Origin: a virus
Taxonomy: Duplodnaviria > Caudoviricetes
Strand: one strand, 5' to 3'
DNA length: 64,000 nucleotides
Virus record (IMG/VR): IMGVR_UViG_3300020577_014401
Location: 32,001 to 96,000 of that record
Notes under the pieces: generated by a model
Database searches by the model: none
What the model was told of the DNA's origin: nothing
Seen by the model: the letters and a program-made list of their open reading frames with translations, nothing else
Shown: positions 9,685-18,818 of the stretch, in pieces
Layout of the letters: each line of letters starts with the position of its first letter
Position numbering within the stretch: position 1 is the first letter of the stretch
Translations under genes and position numbers: made by a program

Positions 9685-10170
9685 ATGAGACTCGTCTACG
9701 CCCTTGTCGCCGCGGCCCTGACCGCAACGGCGGCCGCCGGCGCCGAACCGCCCAAGTTCGTCGTCACCAACAAGATCCCGCAGAGCTTCCAGATCGAGAA
9801 CAAACTCTCGGTCAAGAAGACGACCTGCGGGTGCGCCTCGACTGGCAAGTGCGCGTGCTGGAATGACGAGTGCGACTGCCCGGCGTGCGGCCGCGGCGCC
9901 AAAGCCAAGCAAGGCGGCCCGGGAGGTGCCGCCGTCAACCGCCCTTTCGATCCGGCGGTTACCACGCCTCCCACGAATGCCCAAACTGCGGCACCTACGG
10001 ACTCGAAACCCGCATCGTCCGCGGGTACACCGGATCCGGAGGACACTACCATTCCTGCCCCAAGTGCTCAACCACTTGGTGGCATTCAGACCCTGGGCGG
10101 TAACTGCGCCAACGGCCAGTGCCAGTCCGCTTCGTCGAAGCCGGTTTCCCGATTCCGGCTTTTCCGATAA
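9685..10170 (+). CDS. Exported Cys-rich small protein (0-frame product)
   Basis: Signal peptide MRLVYALVAAALTATAAAG; CGCxxxxxCxCxxxxCxCxxC cluster; C-terminal CANGQC. Confidence 0.75.
   Translation: MRLVYALVAAALTATAAAGAEPPKFVVTNKIPQSFQIENKLSVKKTTCGCASTGKCACWNDECDCPACGRGAKAKQGGPGGAAVNRPFDPAVTTPPTNAQTAAPTDSKPASSAGTPDPEDTTIPAPSAQPLGGIQTLGGNCANGQCQSASSKPVSRFRLFR
9942..10103 (+). other. Putative programmed -1 frameshift site (C CCT TTC) and overlapping -1-frame Zn-finger coding segment
   Basis: X XXY YYZ heptamer at 9942-9948 in the correct phase; -1 frame reads RSGGYHASHECPNCG...GHYHSCPKCSTTWWH. Confidence 0.65.
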
Positions 10171-10212
10171 TCTGACCACGATTCGCCCGACCAACCATCC
10201 GGAGACAGCGAC

Positions 10213-10503
10213 ATGAGCCTCTTTTCCGATCTCAAGGCCCTGTACGACGCGATCAGCGCCGACCAGCGGAACTGGAAGACCATCCTCGACGCTTTCATGA
10301 AGGTGGCCGCCCACTTCTTCTCGGACTCGCCCCCGACGGTCGGCGACGACGGCGAGACCGGCGACGCCAAGGAACTGGCTCAACAGATCCTCGCCAAGTG
10401 CGAAGCGCCGGCCACGTTCGGGGCCGACGGCGTCGGCGCGAACGGCGAGAAGATCCTCGAGTTCATCAAGCTGGTGCTGCCGCTGATCATCAAGTGGCTG
10501 TGA
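10213..10503 (+). CDS. Small hypothetical protein with hydrophobic C-terminus
   Basis: GGAG SD; ends ILEFIKLVLPLIIKWL. Confidence 0.7.
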   Translation: MSLFSDLKALYDAISADQRNWKTILDAFMKVAAHFFSDSPPTVGDDGETGDAKELAQQILAKCEAPATFGADGVGANGEKILEFIKLVLPLIIKWL

Positions 10504-10513
10504 ACCCGGGAAG

Positions 10514-10873
10514 ATGACCATGCCTTGGTCGCTGATCATCTCCGGGTTGTGGGTCATCTTCGGCCCGTACATCACGGAACTCGCGCGGCTTCTCTTGGAC
10601 AAGTGGTTCAAGAAAGCCGCCGAGCTCCTTCCCGAACCGTCGTTCGGGGGTGTGGAAGAAGGATCGGCCGAGTACGCTGTTCGACTCAGGAACTGTCGGC
10701 TCGAGCTGATCGACAAGACGTTGGAGATCCTGCCCTGGCACGCCAAGGGCAGGAAAACCATGTTGAGGGTGATGCGGGCCGCGATCATGATGAGCGGCCT
10801 GTCTGAAATCCAACTGAACCAGTCGTGGATCGACGACCTGTCCGACGCGGACGCGCAAATCGAAAAGGATTGA
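10514..10873 (+). CDS. Small membrane protein (holin/antiholin-like candidate)
   Basis: N-terminal hydrophobic helix PWSLIISGLWVIFGPYI; cassette position. Confidence 0.5.
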   Translation: MTMPWSLIISGLWVIFGPYITELARLLLDKWFKKAAELLPEPSFGGVEEGSAEYAVRLRNCRLELIDKTLEILPWHAKGRKTMLRVMRAAIMMSGLSEIQLNQSWIDDLSDADAQIEKD

Positions 10874-10885
10874 TCGAACCTCCCG

Positions 10886-12916
10886 ATGAGCAGCCCGACG
10901 CCCAAACAGTTGATCGGAGGATACTGGGGCGTCAATCCGTCGCCGGTCGTTGACGACTACGCCGGCGTCTGCTCGGCGGTGTCCGGCCCTGGCTCCGGTC
11001 TCTACGCCGGCTCCCCGCTCGCCTGTTGGGCCATTCAAAGAACCCAACGCGTGTTCCCCGGCCCGAATGGCTCCGTGGCGTACGGGTACCCGGCCCCGGC
11101 TTCCGATCCTGTTTGGATTTCACTGACACAGTCGTCCGGGCCGGTCCTGACCAAAGGCCCGGATTTCATCATCGAAGACGGGTATGTCTGGTTCACACGC
11201 GATCCGTTTTTCGATCGCCCAGGCCGGATGGAATTCTCGGCCGCCAACGGCTTCCAACCGGTGCTGGACATCTGGTACGGGGCCGAACCGACTTCGGTAC
11301 AAGAAACGCCTCCGCTCGACGCAACCGCCTACGCGCTCGCCAAGTCGATCGCCACGTCCACCGATTCGCCGTGCTCCGGACCGGTGCGTGAAACCGTGAC
11401 CGACATCTGGCAGGCGGCCGACGGGTCCTGGAGGGTCGTCACGAACGTCGCCGTCTACCGCCTCGAATCCGGGAACGATCCGGTCGTGGTTGCCGGGGAC
11501 GTCCTGGCTCCTGGTTCGCCGATCGGCCAGGCTTGGTCGTTGGAGAAGCTCGATTTCCGGACAGTGTCGGATTACATCACACTGCCGGCGTCCTTCATGC
11601 AAGGCGTCACGGAAGGCAACGTCACCTGGTACCGGGAGAATTGTCCGATCCTGGTCGACGACTACGCCGGCCGGACGCGTGTCCGATTCGACCTCGGCGT
11701 CGAGTCGATCGCCGACTTCGACGCCATCTGGGAAGCGTCGATGGTCAACGGCGTCGAGAACGGCCGCACATTGGCCCAAGCTCTCGACACAAGGCCGTCT
11801 GGAACGGGCGACCCGGGGGCGGCCAACCTGCCTCGGGTCGTCAGTCCGATGCGGTTGCTGGCCAAGGAGTTGCTGGCCGGATGCGCCTATCGACTGATCG
11901 TCAAACCGGACAAGTTCGGACCTTCGGGTCTTTCGGTCGATCAAGTGGCCGCGGCGGCGAGAACCGCTGCCGGCTCATATCCGGCTATCTTTGTGTGGGA
12001 AAACGAGGAACCGGTGTACGACCCGGTCCAGCCGTCGACGACGACTACGACCACGCACCCTCCCACGACGACGACAACCACGTATCCGCCTACGACAACC
12101 ACAACCACGTACCCGCCCACGACGACCACGACCACCATTCCGCCCACGACAACCACCACAACGGTTCCTGGCGGCGACTGGTACTGCATCAATGTCACGT
12201 CGTTCTCGTCGCCGGGCGGCCCCGGCTACAACTGCTTCAATGGCAGTGCTGGAACCGGGCCGATGTGTGTCCAGCAAAGCAGCGTGGTCGGAGGCGGGTT
12301 CCCGTGCGGACCGTCGGGGACGACGAATTGCCATCAGGGGTGTGGCGGCGGGGTTTCGACATACTACGACGTCACTTCCGGACCGCACGCCGATTACGCC
12401 GCGTGCTCGGTATCGTGCGGCGGCGTCACAACGACGACCAACACTACGATCGCTCCGGTGCCGCTGCAGTACGATTGTTCGCTCGGTTCTTGCGTCGGCA
12501 TCCTGATCGGCGACTACCCGACATTGGCCGAGTGTGAAGCGGCTTGTGGCGGGTACACTCCCGGAGACTGTTGCACGCTTGGAGCCCTGTACCACCCTGA
12601 TCTGAAACTGACCATCGCTGACGGTCCGAACGCGGGCGATCACACTGTCACTTGGGCCGCCGGTTGCTACCCTGATGGCTGCTGGGTGGCGTTGACCCCG
12701 AGCCTCGGCGCGGAGATCTTGTTCGGCTGTGGAAAAGTCGAAACCGGGACCTGGAGGGTGAAAATCACCCCGACGGTCCACCCGGCCATCGGCTGGAGCG
12801 ACTCTGCCAAGGCCGCCACGCAAACCTGCATGCCGTCGTTCCTCGCCATGTGGGACGACGCGGACGTGCTGGCGTTCTTCAGTACGACCCAGCCGATTCG
12901 GTTGACCGTGGCTTGA
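10886..12916 (+). CDS. Putative virion (baseplate/fibre) protein with C-terminal mucin-like Thr/Pro and Cys-rich domains
   Basis: About 380-aa globular N-terminus, then five T6 runs, then Cys-rich modules; no signal peptide. Confidence 0.7.
   Translation: MSSPTPKQLIGGYWGVNPSPVVDDYAGVCSAVSGPGSGLYAGSPLACWAIQRTQRVFPGPNGSVAYGYPAPASDPVWISLTQSSGPVLTKGPDFIIEDGYVWFTRDPFFDRPGRMEFSAANGFQPVLDIWYGAEPTSVQETPPLDATAYALAKSIATSTDSPCSGPVRETVTDIWQAADGSWRVVTNVAVYRLESGNDPVVVAGDVLAPGSPIGQAWSLEKLDFRTVSDYITLPASFMQGVTEGNVTWYRENCPILVDDYAGRTRVRFDLGVESIADFDAIWEASMVNGVENGRTLAQALDTRPSGTGDPGAANLPRVVSPMRLLAKELLAGCAYRLIVKPDKFGPSGLSVDQVAAAARTAAGSYPAIFVWENEEPVYDPVQPSTTTTTTHPPTTTTTTYPPTTTTTTYPPTTTTTTIPPTTTTTTVPGGDWYCINVTSFSSPGGPGYNCFNGSAGTGPMCVQQSSVVGGGFPCGPSGTTNCHQGCGGGVSTYYDVTSGPHADYAACSVSCGGVTTTTNTTIAPVPLQYDCSLGSCVGILIGDYPTLAECEAACGGYTPGDCCTLGALYHPDLKLTIADGPNAGDHTVTWAAGCYPDGCWVALTPSLGAEILFGCGKVETGTWRVKITPTVHPAIGWSDSAKAATQTCMPSFLAMWDDADVLAFFSTTQPIRLTVA
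12038..12163 (+). repeat. 27-bp-period coding repeat (TTTTTTxPP) x5
   Basis: Five hexa-Thr runs separated by HPP/YPP/YPP/IPP, with mixed ACN codons. Confidence 0.95.
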
Positions 12917-12938
12917 TGAACCTGACGACAAGGAACCG

Positions 12939-13163
12939 ATGACTTCCAAGGAATTGATCAACTCGTTGATCAAACGGAAAATCCCCAGGGCGACCGTCTC
13001 ATTGGAGCCGGCGGACGACGGGTACCGGCTGAAAGTGGTCTCCGATCACTTTCGAGGTGCCCAGTTGACCGACCGGCAGAGCATGGTCTACCAGGCGCTC
13101 GATCGGGCGCCTCTTCCGCTGCTGGCCAAGATCATGGCGATCGACTGTCACGACGGGTGCTGA
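12939..13163 (+). CDS. BolA-like protein
   Basis: 'YRLKVVSDHFRGAQLTDRQSMVYQAL' fits the BolA VVSxxFxGxxxxxRxxxVYxAL signature; AAGGA SD. Confidence 0.65.
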   Translation: MTSKELINSLIKRKIPRATVSLEPADDGYRLKVVSDHFRGAQLTDRQSMVYQALDRAPLPLLAKIMAIDCHDGC

Positions 13164-15359
13164 TTGGAACCCTCGACCACAACCACGACGACGCAGGGCC
13201 CCTGCAACAACACCTGTCCGGCCCCGGACTGGCGGGACCCGCCCGTACTCGATCCGTGGACAACCACCACCACGACGTCGGGCGGCGGGTCCACGACTAC
13301 GTCTACGACTGAGGCGCCATGCCCGGGGACGTGTCGATTCACCTGGAGCGTAGGATCGAAAACTTGGGTCAAATCTTCGTCGACGTGCGGTGAAGGATGC
13401 GCCTGCTCGCCTCCGACGTTCTGCCCGCCCGACCCGGGTACCCCAGTTTGCACGGATACGTATTGCTACCGAAATTCTTACGATTCGCCGCTTCCAAATT
13501 GCACCGGTACGACCACGTCATACGGTCCGGATGACTGCGCGCCCCGCACCACGACAACCACCACTATTGCCGGATGTGTCCCCGGTAATTGTTACGGTTG
13601 TGATTGGTTCTGCCACCCAGTCTCGAAAAGATGGATTGGACTACCGGGCAACGAATGCGACGGGTGCAACATCAGGTGCCAAAACACCTGCGCCGGACCG
13701 ACCAAGCCTTGTTTGGGCGATTGTTCCGTTGTCCACACTGATTGCGCTCCGGTTCCTCCGCAGCCGCCGGCTGATGACCCGATAACATGTAACGGAGACT
13801 GCTTATTCCACTGGGTGCCGGCGACTGATTTCACCGCCGGCTACTGGTTCCGCGACCAAGATCGCCCAGGTTGCAAATTTACCGGACTGACCGGCTCTCA
13901 AATTTGCAGTTGCGCCGACCCTACTTTCGAAGGCACCTACTGCGGCGCCCCTGTTCTGACGCCGTGTACTCTTAAGGAGCAAGTCGCAGGTACCACTACG
14001 ACCACTACTAGAGGATGCCCTGTCATCCCGGTCTGGACGACCCCTCCGTATGACCCGAACAACCCATGCGCCGGCTATTGTTACTGGAGATCGGACGGGG
14101 CTGGTGGGTGGCTCTTATCCAGTGGTTGCCCGAGTTGTGACTGCGCTCAACCTCCGGCGGCCTCGTCTTCGTCATGCGCTATTGCACAAACTCCGTGTGG
14201 GGTCCCGACGACAACGACCACGACCATTCCACCACCCACAACAACTACGACTACACCGAATCCTTGCGGTACATCGCAATGCGTCTGGACGTGTTACGGC
14301 CCGTCTTCGACCTGGAATCTCAATTCCAATCCGTGCAACACCGGGTGCGGATGCGTCTACCCGACTGCGACGTGCGGCAGCGAACAACACGGCGCCGGCA
14401 TCGGCACCGCCTGCATCATCGACGGCACGACGACGACGACAACCGCCCCGGCCGTGAACTGCAACTGTGTCTACGATCCGGCCGCTCCGGATTATGTCGC
14501 TCAGAAACCGTGCTCGGCCGGTCTCCCGGCCGCCGGCGTAAACGTCGCAGTCAGTGTGATTTCGAGTCTTCTTCCGAGATGTCGTTTGTTGTCGACAGGG
14601 TGGAATTGCCCGACGAAAAGCGGCAATTGCACTTATGTCGGGACCGGCAACGACGACATCAACAACATTCACCTCGACGCCACGGTCATCCGCGGCATCG
14701 ATGGTGGAGGCAACGCCGTCACTCTGGTTTACATCTACGACGCCTCCGACGGCTCGTCTTTGACCTACCGGATGGCGTCTCCTCCACCGATCGATTGTTG
14801 CACTACCGACAGCGTTCCCAACTTCGAACAAGTCGGGTTCTCCGAGTGCGGAGGGTTGACAGGCACCAATGCCGATCTGACGCCGCTCTCGTCACCGTGC
14901 GAGTGTTCGACAACCACCACGACGACGGTCCTCCCGTCGACAACCACGACGACAACCTTGCCTCCGGGCACGTTGCAGTATTACTGCATCGACGAGACGC
15001 AGTGTTCGATGATCAGCTGCACGTCCTGCACCGGAGCTACAACTCGTAGTTGCCAAGGTTGGTACTCGACACCGCCGACCTGCTCTGACACTGGCGCGAC
15101 TTCAGTCCACAGAGTCATCGTCGCCGGCCCGTTCGCCAGCACTCTCGCATGCGGAGAATCCTGCAGCGGAACTCCGACGACCACGACAGCCGGGTCGGCC
15201 TACAAGTGCTACAGCTGCCCGCCGGAAGGAGGCGGTATCGGCATCGGTACCTGCATCCTCGACGGAGATCCGGTGCCCAGCGGATGCCTCGGACCTCTTA
15301 GCTCGTGGTCGTCGTTTGCAGCATGTTCGGCCGGTTGCGTCGGAGGAATTACTCCGTAG
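13164..15359 (+). CDS. Cys-rich, poly-Thr mucin-like protein (putative glycosylated virion fibre)
   Basis: 731 aa; nine exact T6 runs between repeated CxxxCx(W/F)xW/C modules; TTG start directly after the in-frame TGA of the BolA-like gene. Confidence 0.8.
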   Translation: MEPSTTTTTTQGPCNNTCPAPDWRDPPVLDPWTTTTTTSGGGSTTTSTTEAPCPGTCRFTWSVGSKTWVKSSSTCGEGCACSPPTFCPPDPGTPVCTDTYCYRNSYDSPLPNCTGTTTSYGPDDCAPRTTTTTTIAGCVPGNCYGCDWFCHPVSKRWIGLPGNECDGCNIRCQNTCAGPTKPCLGDCSVVHTDCAPVPPQPPADDPITCNGDCLFHWVPATDFTAGYWFRDQDRPGCKFTGLTGSQICSCADPTFEGTYCGAPVLTPCTLKEQVAGTTTTTTRGCPVIPVWTTPPYDPNNPCAGYCYWRSDGAGGWLLSSGCPSCDCAQPPAASSSSCAIAQTPCGVPTTTTTTIPPPTTTTTTPNPCGTSQCVWTCYGPSSTWNLNSNPCNTGCGCVYPTATCGSEQHGAGIGTACIIDGTTTTTTAPAVNCNCVYDPAAPDYVAQKPCSAGLPAAGVNVAVSVISSLLPRCRLLSTGWNCPTKSGNCTYVGTGNDDINNIHLDATVIRGIDGGGNAVTLVYIYDASDGSSLTYRMASPPPIDCCTTDSVPNFEQVGFSECGGLTGTNADLTPLSSPCECSTTTTTTVLPSTTTTTTLPPGTLQYYCIDETQCSMISCTSCTGATTRSCQGWYSTPPTCSDTGATSVHRVIVAGPFASTLACGESCSGTPTTTTAGSAYKCYSCPPEGGGIGIGTCILDGDPVPSGCLGPLSSWSSFAACSAGCVGGITP

Positions 15360-15399
15360 AACCACTCGTAGCCGCAATTCGTGCAACAGGAACTTCACC

Positions 15400-16920
15400 A
15401 TGGCTGTGCTGACAATCGGGATGGCGTGCTATCGGAGCTACGAGTCGGTCTACTTCACGTGTCTCTCGCTCCGGGTGCTCCACGGTTGGTCGTTCGAACT
15501 GGTCGTCATCGACAACGCCCCGGAGTCGTGCCAGCGAACCAAGGCGATTGTTCACAGCTGCGGCGGCCGCTATTACCATCGCCCGGATTTGAACGGAACG
15601 ACCAGGCCGCGAAACGCCTGCTTCCAGTACGCCAACACCCCGTGGGTCATGGTCATCGACGACCATGTCATTCTCGACAACGGGGCCGTGGCCGCCGCGA
15701 TCGATTACGCCGATCGCAACCCGCTTTCTAAGGACATCATTTCCGGTCCGATTCTGGGAGACGACGGACGCTGGGTGGCCACCCACTGGCAATCCGATCT
15801 GCCCCACAACCTGTGGGGGGTGTGGGGCTGCACCGGCGATTTCCAGGACCGTTGGGGGAAACAGAACGAATCGACCTGGAACAGAGCGTCGGCCAGAGCC
15901 GCGGTCGATCGGATGGAGCCGTTCGAAATCCCGTCGATGGGACTCGGGCTGTGGATGATGCGGAAGGCCGCGTGGCCCGAGTTCAATCCGCACTTCCGAA
16001 AGTTCGGCGGCGAAGAAGGTTACATCCACGAGAAAGTTCGTCGTCTCGGCGGCAAGGCGATCTGCCACCCCAAGATCCGATGGCATCACAAGTTCCGCGA
16101 TCCGTCGAAGCCCGGTGAAATCCCGTATCCGTTGGATCTGGAAAACCACGTTCGCAATCTGCTGCTCGGGGGGCAGGAACTCGGAATCGATCACATCGAG
16201 GATGTTTGGGAGCACTACGGCAAGCGGCTGAACGGTGGGCGACGATCGTTCGACTCGATCGTCGCCAATGTCAAATCCATCCAGCCGTTCGGGCAACTGT
16301 ACGCTCGGAAAAGACTGAACATTTTGGGTGTCTGGTACACCAACAACGCAGCCCCTGAGCATGTTCTTCGGTCGTCGCTCATGACGGTCCGGCAGGCCCG
16401 CAGCGAATCGTTTCACGATGTGGTGATCGGGACCAGCAGCTGGGCGCCGATCGCCGACAACACGTTTCCAAACGCGATCGCCTCCCAGGCGACGAAACGA
16501 AAGCCGGGCCACGCGACGATCATCAACCAGATTCGCGAAGCCTGGGAAGTCGGCCAAAAGTCGAGGAAGAATTGGACCCCGGACGTCATCTGCTTCCTCG
16601 AGCATGACGTGCTGTACCCGCCCGGCTATTTCGATCGGGTCGGGGACATGTTCTTGTTGAAGCCGTCCGCCGAGGTTGTCAATCACACCGATTACATTGG
16701 GCTGAACCAGACCGGCTGGTTGCGGATCGCCAACATGGATACCCCGCTTCACCAGTTGTCGATGCGACCCAAGAAGGCTCTCGACAATCTGGTTCGGGCG
16801 GAAGTGGATTGCGACCGGCAGGGATGGGCGTATCTTGAACCGGATCACGGCGCAGACAGGTCCGCCTGGGCCGTTTACCCGATCGACGGATTTTCCCCCA
16901 GCGTCCACATCAACTGGTAA
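15400..16920 (+). CDS. Glycosyltransferase with two GT-A (GT2-like) domains
   Basis: 'ELVVIDN', 'WVMVIDDHVIL', 'FGGEEGYI' in domain 1; 'ICFLEHDVLYP' in domain 2. Confidence 0.85.
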   Translation: MAVLTIGMACYRSYESVYFTCLSLRVLHGWSFELVVIDNAPESCQRTKAIVHSCGGRYYHRPDLNGTTRPRNACFQYANTPWVMVIDDHVILDNGAVAAAIDYADRNPLSKDIISGPILGDDGRWVATHWQSDLPHNLWGVWGCTGDFQDRWGKQNESTWNRASARAAVDRMEPFEIPSMGLGLWMMRKAAWPEFNPHFRKFGGEEGYIHEKVRRLGGKAICHPKIRWHHKFRDPSKPGEIPYPLDLENHVRNLLLGGQELGIDHIEDVWEHYGKRLNGGRRSFDSIVANVKSIQPFGQLYARKRLNILGVWYTNNAAPEHVLRSSLMTVRQARSESFHDVVIGTSSWAPIADNTFPNAIASQATKRKPGHATIINQIREAWEVGQKSRKNWTPDVICFLEHDVLYPPGYFDRVGDMFLLKPSAEVVNHTDYIGLNQTGWLRIANMDTPLHQLSMRPKKALDNLVRAEVDCDRQGWAYLEPDHGADRSAWAVYPIDGFSPSVHINW

Positions 16921-16940
16921 ATCACAACAGGAACCATTCA

Positions 16941-18818
16941 ATGACCAGGTTTACGAATCACGGCGATTTCGTTTTCGAGCAGTCCAGCACACTTGGCCAA
17001 AATCATCCGTTTTGGGGACCGCACTCCAAATGGTGGCCCGGTCAAGTCGAGACACCCAAGCAGAAGGAGACGGACATGGCATGCGGGGGGTGCAATCAGC
17101 CCAATCGAGTCGCCAACACCGGTCCTGTCGACATCAAGGAATGGTACAAGTCGGAGAAGAACGCCCCTCCGGATTTCCACGCGCACATGGATACGCTCAA
17201 GGAGCTGTGCGCCTCGATCAAGCACGCCACGGAGATGTCGATCTGGCCCAAGCAGGCCTACTTGGCGATCGCGGCCGGCATGCCGGATGACGGGGTGCTG
17301 ATCAGCGTGTCGCTCGGCGGCAAACCGTGGTGGCCGAAAATGGCGGCATCGCTCGGCGCCAGGTTCAAGATGACCCCGCAGAATTCCCTGACGGCGGACA
17401 TCGAGCCGACCGAGTTATTGTTCATCGACTCCGAACACACCGCACAACGGACGTACGACGAGCTGACCCGGCACGCCGGCAAAGTGTCCAAGTACATCGT
17501 CATCCATACGGTGGCCCGCGACACGTTCGGAGAACGCGGCGACGACGGCGGCCCCGGCGTCATGGCCGGAGTCCGGCAGTGGCTCCGCGAAGGAGCCTCC
17601 CGCGAGTGGGTGGTGAAGCGATTCGACGAGCACAACCACGGATTGGTTGTTCTCAGCCGCGATCCCGAAGACCATCCGAAGATCAAGTTCGGGGCCCGTT
17701 CCGCCCTTCGGTTCGTCCGATCGAAGATCAAGCACAAGCTGAACGGGTCCACGTACCTGCCGTTGCCGATGGCGCAGGAACGGTTGGACATCTGCCTCAC
17801 TTGCGACAGCCGCGGAGGCCAGGAGGGCAACAACTGCAAGATCTGCAAATGCTTCCTCGCCGAGATCCCCGATTACGCCCCGGTCAACCATGGGCAGCCC
17901 GGCAAGGCGTTCATCCCGACCGAAGGGTGCCCGATCGGCAAATGGCACGACCGTCCGAACGACGGAGTGTCGATGACCGGCGAAGAGGTCGAGGCCATGC
18001 TCGAAACTCTCCGTGCCGAATCGGAGAAGCACCACGCCGAGGCCCCGGCCGCGGAGGAAAGCAGTCCTGTCGCGGTCGAGGTCGCCCATGTTGCCGCAGA
18101 AACTCCCAAGCAGGTCGACAAGACGTACCCGCTGGACCGGGTGTTCTCGATGTCGGGCGACTTGGGCGACATCATTTGCGCCCTTCCCGTGATCCGGACT
18201 CTCGGCGGCGGGAAGCTCGTGCTGTACCCGTCCAACCGGACGACCGTTCGCATGACGATGGACCGGGCCGCGGTGATCGCCCCGCTGCTCGTGACTCAGC
18301 CGTACATCTCGACGGTGCAATTCGCCGACAACCCCGAAGGCATCGATCTGGATTCGTGGAGAAACAGAATCAAGCCCGGGACTCTCCAGACGGCGCTCGA
18401 TGCGATCTCCGAGACATTCCTGCACGGAGCCAGGTTGTCGCACGAAGTGACTTGGCTCAAAGTCCCGCCCGAGAGAAGAGCGGCGGTCGTCTTCCATCGC
18501 ACGCTCAAGGACAATCAGTCGATGGACTGGAAGCGGTTGCTCAAGGAGCACCCCGATTCCGTGTTTGTCGGACTCAAGCAGGAGCACGAAGCGTTCGAAT
18601 CGGACATCGGTCCGATTCCATACGTCGAAACGACTGACTTGCTGAAGATGGCCGCTGTCATCTCCGGAGCCGACCGTGTCATCTGCAACCAGTCTGTCGG
18701 CCTGATCATCGCTTACGGGCTCGGTAAACCGGTGATCTGCGAGACCAACCGCAAGGGCATGAACTGCGCCTGGAACCGCAAGGACTGCGAATTCCGCCCC
18801 GACCCCAGACTGACGTGA
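16941..18818 (+). CDS. Multidomain protein: class I SAM methyltransferase-like + Cys-rich Zn-binding domain + GT9-like glycosyltransferase (strong alternative start at 17076)
   Basis: 'ELLFIDSEHT...YIVIH...GV' MTase; 'RLDICLTC...CKICKC...CPIGKW'; 'SGDLGDII', 'ISGADRVICNQS' GT-B/GT9. Confidence 0.75.
   Translation: MTRFTNHGDFVFEQSSTLGQNHPFWGPHSKWWPGQVETPKQKETDMACGGCNQPNRVANTGPVDIKEWYKSEKNAPPDFHAHMDTLKELCASIKHATEMSIWPKQAYLAIAAGMPDDGVLISVSLGGKPWWPKMAASLGARFKMTPQNSLTADIEPTELLFIDSEHTAQRTYDELTRHAGKVSKYIVIHTVARDTFGERGDDGGPGVMAGVRQWLREGASREWVVKRFDEHNHGLVVLSRDPEDHPKIKFGARSALRFVRSKIKHKLNGSTYLPLPMAQERLDICLTCDSRGGQEGNNCKICKCFLAEIPDYAPVNHGQPGKAFIPTEGCPIGKWHDRPNDGVSMTGEEVEAMLETLRAESEKHHAEAPAAEESSPVAVEVAHVAAETPKQVDKTYPLDRVFSMSGDLGDIICALPVIRTLGGGKLVLYPSNRTTVRMTMDRAAVIAPLLVTQPYISTVQFADNPEGIDLDSWRNRIKPGTLQTALDAISETFLHGARLSHEVTWLKVPPERRAAVVFHRTLKDNQSMDWKRLLKEHPDSVFVGLKQEHEAFESDIGPIPYVETTDLLKMAAVISGADRVICNQSVGLIIAYGLGKPVICETNRKGMNCAWNRKDCEFRPDPRLT

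Noticed and set aside
13161-13220. Selenocysteine insertion at the in-frame TGA
   Set aside because: No convincing SECIS-like hairpin directly downstream and no sel genes seen; generic readthrough is left open
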